Shown here: positions 19,579-28,205 of the stretch, piece after piece
Layout of the letters: each line of letters starts with the position of its first letter
How positions within the stretch are numbered: the first letter of the stretch is position 1
IMG/VR virus record: IMGVR_UViG_3300032304_000700
Span: 1-64,000 of that record
DNA: 64,000 nt
Source: a virus
Direction: 5' to 3' (one strand)
Translations under genes and position numbers: made by a program
Notes under the pieces: model-generated
Seen by the model: only the letters and a program-made list of their open reading frames with translations
Told to the model about the DNA's origin: nothing
The model's database searches: none

Positions 19579-20034
19579 TTATTTTATTCTTTCTTCTATG
19601 TTTAAAGCCGATTTTCTTACCATAAATGTAGAACATACAACACTAAAATTATTAGATGGCAATCCACCTACAAATTGTACTTCCGTTGTATTATCAATTT
19701 CATAATAAGATTGGTCAAAGAAAATAATATCACCAATTTCTGGATATGTATTTTTTTCCTCTAACATCCATCTATCAAATCTAAATTCTACATTTTGTGA
19801 TGTATCCGAACCAAATCCTTCGTATCCTGCAGTGTTTGGTGATTTATTTATTAACACATTTAATTCTACTCCTGGATACCATGTCTTATTTGTAGCTTCA
19901 CCATATAGGTTTACTTTAGTTTCATTTAAATTTACTTTAAACAAAACTGCAATGTTTTCTACAACATCGTCTACCACTTCTCTGGCAAAACTCTTAAATA
20001 ATTCGATATCTCTACCGACTGCAAATTTTGGCAT
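19579..20034 (-). CDS. gp14: T4 gp14-like neck/head-closure protein
   Basis: NLYGEA...FG...F.F......PEIGDII.....YYEI pattern; lies between gp13-like and gp15-like genes. Confidence 0.65.
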   Translation of the reverse strand: MPKFAVGRDIELFKSFAREVVDDVVENIAVLFKVNLNETKVNLYGEATNKTWYPGVELNVLINKSPNTAGYEGFGSDTSQNVEFRFDRWMLEEKNTYPEIGDIIFFDQSYYEIDNTTEVQFVGGLPSNNFSVVCSTFMVRKSALNIEERIK

Positions 20035-20035
20035 A

Positions 20036-21247
20036 TTATCCTACATATAATTTTAAAGGAACTTTTCTTAACATTTCTTGGTGGTGTGTAGATTCATGTG
20101 CTTTATTTTCCATCACATTCTTTCTACTCATTTCTTCTAAATTTCCTCTAAGTTGTTCAAGTAACATATCTTTTTCAACTTGAGCTTCAGCTCTCAATGC
20201 TGCACCATCCAATTGTAATTCACCATCTGGAATAGGAACCGAACTATACTTTTCTCTAATTGCACCTAATAATTCTTTTGCAAGTGCTAAAGTATATTTT
20301 CTAATCCATTGTTTACCCACATCATTTATGTTTCTATATTGAATAAAATCATATGGAATATCCGAATAGTCAGAAAGTGAATCTGATTGAATAGTTTGTG
20401 AATCATGTTCAAATTCATCTCTATTAATATATTCAAAATAAACTTTAGTTTTTCCCATACCCGTTGGAACTGGAAATATTTCTAATTTATTATCTACTAT
20501 ATTAAATGAAAAAGTTGATTTTCTAATATGGTCATTAAATTCAATTTGTTGCATTCTTAATACATCCTCATATATTGGCATCATTAAGAATTGTGCTGCA
20601 GGTGAGAAATTACCAAATCCCAACTCACTCATTAAGTTCAATGTACCTTGTGCACCAACTGAATATGGGTCAAAGAATCTTGTAATTGCAGGAACTGCTT
20701 CATGATATACTTTGAATACATCTATTGTCGATGATGAACCTGATAGTGATGATGAAATACTATTTCCAGTTGTTGCATCATATGCATTATTTATTAAATC
20801 ATATATTTGAACCGATGATGTTAAATTTACATATGCCTTTTTAATTGCAGTATTACCACCTACTCCTGCAAGTGTTCCGTATTGTTGTGACATACGAACT
20901 GCGGTTGGTAAATATGAACCATCTACAAGTGTTTGTGAATAGTTTGAAACTTTACCTTTAGGTTGTCCTCTTAGAATATCAATATTATTTCTAATATTAA
21001 ATTGATTAACTTGTGCAGAATATTCCGAAACTGATTCTTCAAAACATGCCCAAATTTGTTGATTATCTAATTCAATATTTACAATAGGATAACCTAATCT
21101 TCTAGCTACCCAAGTTGCTGTTTTTGGAGCATCTAATCTAAAATCAGTATCACTATCATACAATCCAAATGGAGTTGCAATTGACAATACTGCCGATGAT
21201 GAAAATTCTGATGCAGATGAACCCGTCCAATATGTGTTTACAGACAT
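20036..21247 (-). CDS. gp13: T4 gp13-like neck/head-tail adaptor protein
   Basis: RRLGYPIVNIELDNQQI...WIRKYTLALAKELLG..R.KY...P.P.G...LDG. Confidence 0.85.
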   Translation of the reverse strand: MSVNTYWTGSSASEFSSSAVLSIATPFGLYDSDTDFRLDAPKTATWVARRLGYPIVNIELDNQQIWACFEESVSEYSAQVNQFNIRNNIDILRGQPKGKVSNYSQTLVDGSYLPTAVRMSQQYGTLAGVGGNTAIKKAYVNLTSSVQIYDLINNAYDATTGNSISSSLSGSSSTIDVFKVYHEAVPAITRFFDPYSVGAQGTLNLMSELGFGNFSPAAQFLMMPIYEDVLRMQQIEFNDHIRKSTFSFNIVDNKLEIFPVPTGMGKTKVYFEYINRDEFEHDSQTIQSDSLSDYSDIPYDFIQYRNINDVGKQWIRKYTLALAKELLGAIREKYSSVPIPDGELQLDGAALRAEAQVEKDMLLEQLRGNLEEMSRKNVMENKAHESTHHQEMLRKVPLKLYVG

Positions 21248-21273
21248 TACTTAAAATTTATAGTTTTACTACT

Positions 21274-21281
21274 ATAAATAT
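21274..21281 (-). promoter_or_regulatory. ATATTTAT putative late-promoter motif
   Basis: Directly after a terminator, 26 nt upstream of the gp13 ATG. Confidence 0.6.
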
Positions 21282-21285
21282 AAGA

Positions 21286-21319
21286 ATAAAAAAAGAGATG
21301 ACATTTCTATCATCTCTTT
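21286..21319 (-). terminator. Rho-independent terminator
   Basis: Stem aaagagatga/tcatctcttt (21292-21319) plus a U-run on the minus strand. Confidence 0.8.
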
Positions 21320-21334
21320 CATATTTTAGTTTTG

Positions 21335-22801
21335 TTATGCCACCTGTGTGACCGTTAGTATTATAGATGGGATTGCCGGTATATTTCCCGTTGCAGCTTC
21401 ATATAAAATACGAGCATCGGCATCGGTTGATTGCCACACCAATTCATAATAATCGTTTGGTGAAGTTGCAGGAACTACATAATTCCAAGATGCTATTACT
21501 TCTTTATTTGCTTGTAAGAAAATTCTACCTGCTGAATTGGGAACATTTTGTCCATTTTTCTTTATCCAAATGTGTATTATAGAATCACCTGCACCAGTAT
21601 CTACTAATTGTGCTGAAAATTGTATATTATATACTCCGACATTTGCTAAAACTATTCTTGTATTATTACTAATAGTAACACCTTGTGAATAATCGGTTGA
21701 ATTAAATTGAATAGATTGAGATACATTTGCCGAACCACTTTGTGTACGGGTATCGTAAAATGCTCCATAGTTAAATAATTTATTGCCCCAACGATAGAAT
21801 GATGAACCACTTGCTATATTTACATCTCCTTTAATATCCAATGAACCAGTAATTACTTGTGAACCGGTCGTGTACATCGAACCCGTCATTATAATTGTAT
21901 GATTGTGGAAATTTGTTGAACCATGTATATCTAATGCACCACTTACACTAACACTACCACTCATTATAGTATTTCCTAAAATTGAGTTTGAACCACTTAA
22001 TTGGTGAACTCCTCTAAATGTTGTAGAACCACTTACATCTAATGTTCCACTCATTATGGTATTTCCCGATAAAGTGTTATTACCAATTTGTGTAGTTGAA
22101 CCACTTACTAAAAATGAACCCGTAATTGTTTGATTGCCAATAAATGTATTTGAACCGGTTGTTGCTAATGAACCCGTATTTATTGTCTGTGAAGAACTAA
22201 TAAACCCAAATGAAGTTATTTGTGTAGATGAACTTATAATACTTCTACCAGTAGTTTCATATGAACCACTAACTACACCACTTCCACCCAATACTTGTAC
22301 TGAACTACTTACTATTCCGATAGGTAATAATGAAACTATTTGTAAACTACTACTTACAATTCCTCTACCCGTTGTTTCATAACTTCCACTAACAAATCCA
22401 AATGCAGTTATTTGTGTAGATGAACTTACTACACCATTAGTTGCATTGATTACTCCGTTGATACCACCAATTACATTTAATGAACCAGTAATTCTAACTG
22501 AACCAGTGTATGTGTGTACATCTTCTATATGTGAACCATGATTAGTTGAACCCGTAAATAATAATGTTGATGAAGTTACAAAATTAGCTGCATAAATGTC
22601 ACCAGTAACGGTAACATTTCCATCTATAATTTGTCCTCCTTCAAATATATTAGAACCAGTAGTTGCGAATTGACCTGCCGAAACATATCCCAACATACCA
22701 TCTTCTTGACGAGTTACTATTGAATCAATACTATCTAATTCGTATTGTTTTGTATAATTTTTAGCTTTTTCAAAGGCCGTATATCTTTGTTCAACTGGCA
22801 T
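21335..22801 (-). CDS. Fibre-like virion protein with C-terminal BclA/C1q-like beta-sandwich
   Basis: ATTGSN.F.G.Q.I.G modules and GxVSSSxQI repeats; C-term YGAFYD...GVYNIQFSAQL...IWIKKNG..VPNSA...PAIPSIILTVTQV. Confidence 0.75.
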   Translation of the reverse strand: MPVEQRYTAFEKAKNYTKQYELDSIDSIVTRQEDGMLGYVSAGQFATTGSNIFEGGQIIDGNVTVTGDIYAANFVTSSTLLFTGSTNHGSHIEDVHTYTGSVRITGSLNVIGGINGVINATNGVVSSSTQITAFGFVSGSYETTGRGIVSSSLQIVSLLPIGIVSSSVQVLGGSGVVSGSYETTGRSIISSSTQITSFGFISSSQTINTGSLATTGSNTFIGNQTITGSFLVSGSTTQIGNNTLSGNTIMSGTLDVSGSTTFRGVHQLSGSNSILGNTIMSGSVSVSGALDIHGSTNFHNHTIIMTGSMYTTGSQVITGSLDIKGDVNIASGSSFYRWGNKLFNYGAFYDTRTQSGSANVSQSIQFNSTDYSQGVTISNNTRIVLANVGVYNIQFSAQLVDTGAGDSIIHIWIKKNGQNVPNSAGRIFLQANKEVIASWNYVVPATSPNDYYELVWQSTDADARILYEAATGNIPAIPSIILTVTQVA

Positions 22802-22819
22802 GGTGTATTAGTTTTAATA

Positions 22820-22827
22820 ATAAATAT
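22820..22827 (-). promoter_or_regulatory. ATATTTAT putative late-promoter motif
   Basis: After a terminator, 18 nt upstream of ATG 22801. Confidence 0.6.
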
Positions 22828-22849
22828 GAATAATTTGTCATATAAATAA

Positions 22850-22881
22850 AAAAAGGGGAAAGTATTTCTACTCTCCCCTTT
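22850..22881 (-). terminator. Rho-independent terminator, copy 1 of an identical 32-bp repeat
   Basis: Minus strand reads AAAGGGGAGAGTA-GAAA-TACTTTCCCCTTTTT, with a GNRA loop. Confidence 0.85.
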
Positions 22882-22905
22882 AATCAATTATTATCTTTAA
22901 TTATA

Positions 22906-23442
22906 TTATGCGTGAGCTATACATATATTATCACCATTTCTATAAATATCACCATATCCCAAACCACCACTCAATGCTGCTGCGTTTGATGCGTATGTTG
23001 GAATATTTGTAATATTTAATCTATTTGCACCACTACCACCAATTGTTGGCATCGATGAACCACTACCAAATTGAATGTATCCTGCTAATCTACTTTGTTG
23101 ACCGGATACAATCATAGTATTTACTAAGTTCATATCTCCAATATATGCATCATCACCAACTTTAAAGTTAGTACCCGTTCCATTGATGTTTGCTTGAACC
23201 GTATTAAATATACCATCACCGGTACCATTAAATGCGGTTGCAATGGATGCACTTAATGCTTGTACGTCAGCGTCTGTTGCTAAACCTGCACCATCTAAAG
23301 TTGTTTGTAAATTTGATGCGGAAATATATCCCCACATACCATCTTGATTTTTTGCTAATAAAGTTGTTCCTGTTACACTTTGGTATTCAGGAAAGTCCAT
23401 TGCTTTACCATACGTTGAATAAAGTTTTTCTGGATATGCCAT
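22906..23442 (-). CDS. Putative head-decoration/virion protein
   Basis: Directly downstream of the MCP. N-term (KNQDGMWGYISA) resembles 21335..22801 (RQEDGMLGYVSA). C-term PTYASNAAALSGGL..GDIYR is a phage fibre-end motif. Confidence 0.65.
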   Translation of the reverse strand: MAYPEKLYSTYGKAMDFPEYQSVTGTTLLAKNQDGMWGYISASNLQTTLDGAGLATDADVQALSASIATAFNGTGDGIFNTVQANINGTGTNFKVGDDAYIGDMNLVNTMIVSGQQSRLAGYIQFGSGSSMPTIGGSGANRLNITNIPTYASNAAALSGGLGYGDIYRNGDNICIAHA

Positions 23443-23468
23443 TTTTAATTTGTTTTAATTGTTCTTAT

Positions 23469-23476
23469 ATAAATAT
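23469..23476 (-). promoter_or_regulatory. ATATTTAT putative late-promoter motif
   Basis: After a terminator, 26 nt upstream of ATG 23442. Confidence 0.6.
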
Positions 23477-23481
23477 AAAAC

Positions 23482-23513
23482 AAAAAGGGGAAAGTATTTC
23501 TACTCTCCCCTTT
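23482..23513 (-). terminator. Rho-independent terminator of the MCP gene, copy 2 of the identical 32-bp repeat
   Basis: aaaaaggggaaagtatttctactctccccttt is identical to 22850-22881. T-runs on both sides suggest it may be bidirectional. Confidence 0.85.
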
Positions 23514-23554
23514 TTTTATTTTTTTAGTTTTAACTACTAAAATCTACTCAAAGA

Positions 23555-25162
23555 TTAAAGTTGGTCTAAACCATCAATGATAATCTTACCGTAGAACTCA
23601 GGTCTAACGATTTTCTTAGCGTAACGAGTCATAACACCTCTTCTTGGAGTGAAGTTAGTTGGGTCATAAACTAATGGAGTCATAATCAATGGTACATATG
23701 GTGCGTAAACTGCTCCTGTTTCGAAGAAGTTAGAACCTTTGAAGCCCATTAATAATACGTTCTCAGTCATGTATGGGTTTTTGTAAACGTCATATCTGTT
23801 AGAGATAGAACCGATGTTAGAAACACCTGCTGCGAAAGATAAAGCGTCTTTACCTGGGTTAGCAGAGAAACCATTCATTGATTCCAATATAGTTGCAACG
23901 TTTGGAGATACTACTACGAAGTTAGCACCACCTCTCATTGTTAACTGATGGATTTTGTTAGATACCTTTTGTAATTTGATACCTAAAGTTTGATACCAAG
24001 TGCTCTTAGTGTAAGCAGATGCTGCAGCAGCGTTAGAATCGATAGCGAATCCAGCACCATTCCAGTCATATCCTACTTTAGAAGACCAGTAGTCAGTTGT
24101 GAAAGCATTTTGTTGTAACATTTCTAAGATTTCTAAATCGATTTCTAAAGAGATGTACTCAGACAACATTTGAGTTAACTCAGCTTCAGCGTCTACACTA
24201 TGGTAAGCGTTTAAGTCTTGAGCTAATTCTGGAGTCCAAATAGCTTTTAATTTTCTTGTCTTAGCAACGATAGGCTCAGATTTCAATTCTAATTCGATTT
24301 CTGGGATAGCTAAATCATTACCTCTATCTTCGAAGTCACCTCTTAAAGCTGCAGTAGGTTGTACGTGGTATGCTAAAGATGTTCCAACAGATGGAGCTGT
24401 AGCTGTTCCACTTACTACGAACTCAACATTAGTACCATTCTTAGTAGTATATTGAGGGAAATAAGCTAAGTTTGAACCAGTCAACATAGTTAATTCGAAT
24501 GCTCTAATACCATTAAAATCAGCGTCTGCAGGCAATGCTACAGTTACTTTCTTCAAAGTGTTAGCTGCAAAAGATGCAGAAACAGCTGAAACTGATAAAT
24601 CGTAGTCGATATCTGCTAAAGATGCAGAAGCAACTGTTGCAGTGATTGCAGCAGTAGCGTTATTGATTGTATATCCGAATCTACCTGCACCATACAAACC
24701 ACCTTCAGCTACTTGAGTTGAACCTAATTTGTTACCTGATGGAGATAAAGAATCTTTACCAAAAGTTCCACCATTACCGAATAATGAAGAACCAGTAAAG
24801 TTTGGATTACCTGCTGGGTTAGTACCATATTTGAAGTCCATGTAGAAGATAAGACCTGAAGGCAAGTTCATTGGTTGTACAGAAACGAATTCTTTAGAAG
24901 CGATGCTTCCGAAAACTCTTCTTACCAATGGTAATGCCACACCAGCCCACTCTTCAGAACCTGCAGATGTACCTGTTCTTGTAGCTTCGTCTAATAATTG
25001 TTTTGCTTGGTTTTCTAACATTACTGCCATACCATGCTTAGTTGTTTCGGAACCTGCGTTCTCTAACAATCCTGTTTTTTCCCACTTAGCTTTCAAACCT
25101 CTTGTTTGCTCAAGCATTACTGATTGAGGGTTTGCGCCAGTCATAATTTGTTTTAAGTCCAT
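23555..25162 (-). CDS. gp23: Major capsid protein, T4 gp23 family
   Basis: LPLVRRVF...VSVQPMNLPSGLIFY...AKTRKLKAIWTPELAQDLNAYHSVDAEAEL...EIDLEIL...YAPYVPL...F.P.RGVMTRYA. Confidence 0.97.
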   Translation of the reverse strand: MDLKQIMTGANPQSVMLEQTRGLKAKWEKTGLLENAGSETTKHGMAVMLENQAKQLLDEATRTGTSAGSEEWAGVALPLVRRVFGSIASKEFVSVQPMNLPSGLIFYMDFKYGTNPAGNPNFTGSSLFGNGGTFGKDSLSPSGNKLGSTQVAEGGLYGAGRFGYTINNATAAITATVASASLADIDYDLSVSAVSASFAANTLKKVTVALPADADFNGIRAFELTMLTGSNLAYFPQYTTKNGTNVEFVVSGTATAPSVGTSLAYHVQPTAALRGDFEDRGNDLAIPEIELELKSEPIVAKTRKLKAIWTPELAQDLNAYHSVDAEAELTQMLSEYISLEIDLEILEMLQQNAFTTDYWSSKVGYDWNGAGFAIDSNAAAASAYTKSTWYQTLGIKLQKVSNKIHQLTMRGGANFVVVSPNVATILESMNGFSANPGKDALSFAAGVSNIGSISNRYDVYKNPYMTENVLLMGFKGSNFFETGAVYAPYVPLIMTPLVYDPTNFTPRRGVMTRYAKKIVRPEFYGKIIIDGLDQL

Positions 25163-25187
25163 TTTTAATGAATTTATTTGTTTTTGT

Positions 25188-26450
25188 TTATTTAATGATA
25201 CCTGCTAATTTCTTAAATCTATCAGAGAAGTTTGCATTTTCAGAAATTACTTCTTTTTGTTCTGCAACTGCTGGCTTAGTAGATTTTGTTACTTTACTAG
25301 CAATTCCTTCTTGAATTGATTTTTTAGCGATTTTGTTAGATGGTGTATATTTGAAATTCTCTGCTAATGTAGAGTATACCAATTTAACTTCTCTAACTGA
25401 GTTTGTTCTATCCAAAGTTTCAATCACTTTCACTTTTTGTTCGTTAGTCATGTTGTGAGCTCTGAATAATTTATTAGCGAATAATAACTTAGCGTTTAAT
25501 AAGTTTACTTCGTTAATAGTTTTTTGTAAAGATTTGATAGTAGAATATGCTTCTTCAAGTTCTTTCTCTTTTTCGTCATCTTTAGATTCTTCAGCTTCGT
25601 TTGTTAAGTCAGCTTCCATTTCTTTTAAGATTTCTTCTAAATCGATAACTTCATCCAAATCATCTTCTTTTTTATCATCTTCTTTAGCTTCTTCGTTAGT
25701 AGCTTCTTTTTCTTCGGTTTCGTCTTTAGCTTCTTCAACTTTTTCTTCTTTTTCAGTTTCTTCAGCTTCGTACATAGATTCTTCGTTTTCGTCAGAATCT
25801 TCACCTTCTAATTGTCTTTCTAACTCTTTTATGATAGAGTCTAAGTCCATATCATCTTCTGACATTTGGTCATCGGAATCCATATCCATAGAATCATCTT
25901 CCATGTCGTGGTCAGCCATATCATGGTCACCATCGTTATCCAAATCACCTTCTTCAGGTGTAATTGAATCCATAGAATCTTCTTCAGAATCATCACCACC
26001 TTCTAATTCTGCAATTCTAGCTTTCAATTCTGCAATTTCTGCATCTTTGTCATCACCAGCCATAGCATCATCAGCAAATGGGTTTTCTTCTTCAGAAATG
26101 TCTGCTACTTTCTTATAGTCAGTACCAGCTTGTTCAGGTTTACCAGCATCTTTCTTTACACCAACTGATAAATCAGTCATTGCATCTAAAATTGGGTTTG
26201 AACCTGGAGTCTCAGCGTATCCAGCGTCTACTTTAGACCCGATACCAGTTGAGCTTAATTCTTCGTTTGTTGTTTCTTGTTCATCATCCATATCCATTTC
26301 TTCAGCTTCTGCTCTCATCTTTTGAGATAAGATAGATTGAAGTCTTGGAGTAAATGCTTCTTCAAGAGCCAACTTAGCGTTAGCTAATGCAGTTTCTTTA
26401 ACGGCTTTAGCGTCAGCGATTGCTTCTTTCAATAATTTTGAATTTGCCAT
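25188..26450 (-). CDS. Prohead core/scaffold protein (gp22-like position)
   Basis: Highly acidic coiled-coil directly upstream of the MCP; LLKEAIADAKAVKE...EVNLLNAKLLFANKLF...RFKKLAGI. Confidence 0.8.
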   Translation of the reverse strand: MANSKLLKEAIADAKAVKETALANAKLALEEAFTPRLQSILSQKMRAEAEEMDMDDEQETTNEELSSTGIGSKVDAGYAETPGSNPILDAMTDLSVGVKKDAGKPEQAGTDYKKVADISEEENPFADDAMAGDDKDAEIAELKARIAELEGGDDSEEDSMDSITPEEGDLDNDGDHDMADHDMEDDSMDMDSDDQMSEDDMDLDSIIKELERQLEGEDSDENEESMYEAEETEKEEKVEEAKDETEEKEATNEEAKEDDKKEDDLDEVIDLEEILKEMEADLTNEAEESKDDEKEKELEEAYSTIKSLQKTINEVNLLNAKLLFANKLFRAHNMTNEQKVKVIETLDRTNSVREVKLVYSTLAENFKYTPSNKIAKKSIQEGIASKVTKSTKPAVAEQKEVISENANFSDRFKKLAGIIK

Positions 26451-26458
26451 CTTGTTTT

Positions 26459-26464
26459 CTCCTT
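26459..26464 (-). promoter_or_regulatory. Shine-Dalgarno-like AAGGAG of the scaffold gene
   Basis: TTTAAGGAGAAAACAAG-ATG, 8-nt spacing. Confidence 0.55.
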
Positions 26465-26638
26465 AAATTTTGTTGTGAAGTTATTCTTGTAGGGAACTCC
26501 AATGTAATTATGTTGATTGTTCGGTCACACCTTATAGAGAAGGGTATTCATTAATCAACTATGTCTTGTAATCTCATAATAAAAAATGAGATATTTAGTA
26601 ATATATATGTAAATTTTTTAGAAAACTAAAGAAAACTA

Positions 26639-26815
26639 TTAAAATAGTTTGTTTTTTCTTATAGTTTCTTGCCTTTCTATCCTTTTTCTTTTGGAAGGTT
26701 TAATAAAATTCTTCCTTTCTCTAAGTTCTTCTATTTGTTTTATGGACTGAACTCTCTTTTTGTAATCTTTTATTGCCCACTCTATGTTTCCACCTTTAAC
26801 ACTAACTATTAACAT
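26639..26815 (-). CDS. rpsU: Phage-encoded ribosomal protein bS21 (58 aa, not in ORF track)
   Basis: Manual translation MLIVSVKGGNIEWAIKDYKKRVQSIKQIEELRERKNFIKPSKRKRIERQETIRKNKLF carries the bS21 pattern NI..A.K.YK.....LR.R..F.KPS..R and a Bacteroidota-style MLI..VK start. Confidence 0.88.
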   Translation of the reverse strand: MLIVSVKGGNIEWAIKDYKKRVQSIKQIEELRERKNFIKPSKRKRIERQETIRKNKLF

Positions 26816-26817
26816 CC

Positions 26818-27189
26818 TTATTGTAAATTAACCAATTTGTATTTTGTTGAGTATAATAAAGTTACAACTGTATCTATGTCGTTTTGTAACCAACTCATTT
26901 GTAATTTTTCGTCTTGTCTTAACTTTGCAACTGCTGCAATCAATTTATCAAAATATGCAACTACATTTTTAATGTCATTGTTTGTATCTAATCCACTTAC
27001 TGCTTGTAATTTGATTAAACCATATTGTCCTTGATATGCTTCAACTAATCCGTCTACTATTCCACCAATTGAGTCGTAATAATTTCCCAATGCTAAATGT
27101 GCAGATAATGAACCAACACCTCTCTGTCCTAAATGAAATGAATGTGCCTGCGTTCTACTATGTAATAATAATGATGCTAGTTGTTCCAA
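26818..27189 (-). CDS. Ferritin/Dps-like four-helix protein (DUF5856-like)
   Basis: QAHSFH...AHLALGNYYD......D.LVEAYQG.YG...L.N..D......STKYKL. Confidence 0.7.
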   Translation of the reverse strand: MEQLASLLLHSRTQAHSFHLGQRGVGSLSAHLALGNYYDSIGGIVDGLVEAYQGQYGLIKLQAVSGLDTNNDIKNVVAYFDKLIAAVAKLRQDEKLQMSWLQNDIDTVVTLLYSTKYKLVNLQ

Positions 27190-27199
27190 TTTATTTCTT

Positions 27200-27610
27200 T
27201 TATTTTATTCCCAATCTTTCTTTCATAACATCTTCAGAAATGTCTGCAATTTCAAAATATCTACCCAATACATTTCCCATATCTTCATAAAGTGCTTCCA
27301 ATCTTTGTTGTTGTTGAGATGCTTCTTTAGCTTCTTTTTCAAATGCACCTTGTAGTTTTTTCAATTCACCCATATTTCTTTTAATAGTGACTCTATCAAA
27401 CCAATCATCACCTTCTCTCAAAGTGTATTCTTGTGCAGCATCTGCAATTGCTCCCAATGTTTCTGCAACCTGTCTAATGTCAGATTTTCTACTTATTCCT
27501 TCTCTATGTTGACCATATGTTGAAATGATTTCCAAAAAATGCTTCTTTAAGTTTGAAGGCAATTTTTGAAATTCTTCATTTTCTTTCATTAAATCTTTTA
27601 ACTTTATCAT
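27200..27610 (-). CDS. Hypothetical head-module protein
   Basis: Starts MIKLKDLMKE; coiled-coil; adjacent to the protease. Confidence 0.7.
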   Translation of the reverse strand: MIKLKDLMKENEEFQKLPSNLKKHFLEIISTYGQHREGISRKSDIRQVAETLGAIADAAQEYTLREGDDWFDRVTIKRNMGELKKLQGAFEKEAKEASQQQQRLEALYEDMGNVLGRYFEIADISEDVMKERLGIK

Positions 27611-27614
27611 CTTA

Positions 27615-28205
27615 TTAGTTTAATTCTATTATAATTTCTCTCATTAAATCTTGTGACTTACACCACTTACCACATTCCTCTGCTACTTTTGCCCATTGTT
27701 TACTTTCGTTCATAGGAGCCATAAATGCACCATGTGTTGATGGGTTTGATACAAAGTCCCATCCAACTAATTCAAAGTCTTCCTGAACCATTACAGTACC
27801 ATCTCTAAGTTCTTTTACCGAACCCAATCCTCTACTACTAATACCTAGACGGATATTATTTTTCAATAATTCTTTTAAGATATTACCAGATGGAGTTGAT
27901 AGTATTTCTACTACACCACACACATCATCACCTTCCCAAAAAATTTCTCTAATATTATGAGAAACATTTTTTAAGTTAATAACAGGAGAATCTGGATGGT
28001 CTAATTCACCCAATGCTCTTCTTTCTTTGATAAGTTGTTCGTATTTCTTACATTCTCTTTCTAAGATTTCTTTAGGATATCTTCTATGATTTTGATTTGG
28101 TGCACCTGCTCTTTGTAGGATTCCCTTAACCAAATAAGTTCCATTGTCTTCTTGTTGAAGTTTTGCTTCAAACAAATGGGTTTCTATCAATAATCCTTTA
28201 TTCAT
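27615..28205 (-). CDS. gp21: Prohead protease, T4 gp21 family
   Basis: GILQRA...NQNHRRYP...ALGELDHP...NVSH...TPSG....LGISSRGLGS...DFVSNPS. Confidence 0.95.
   Translation of the reverse strand: MNKGLLIETHLFEAKLQQEDNGTYLVKGILQRAGAPNQNHRRYPKEILERECKKYEQLIKERRALGELDHPDSPVINLKNVSHNIREIFWEGDDVCGVVEILSTPSGNILKELLKNNIRLGISSRGLGSVKELRDGTVMVQEDFELVGWDFVSNPSTHGAFMAPMNESKQWAKVAEECGKWCKSQDLMREIIIELN

Noticed and set aside
1973-23442. Diversity-generating retroelement acting on adhesins
   Set aside because: No reverse transcriptase is in the window, and I saw no near-identical TR/VR pair differing only at adenines.
26451-26638. tRNA gene in the long intergenic region
   Set aside because: No cloverleaf, T-loop GTTCRA or CCA pattern is recognisable. 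It is kept only as a candidate structured leader.
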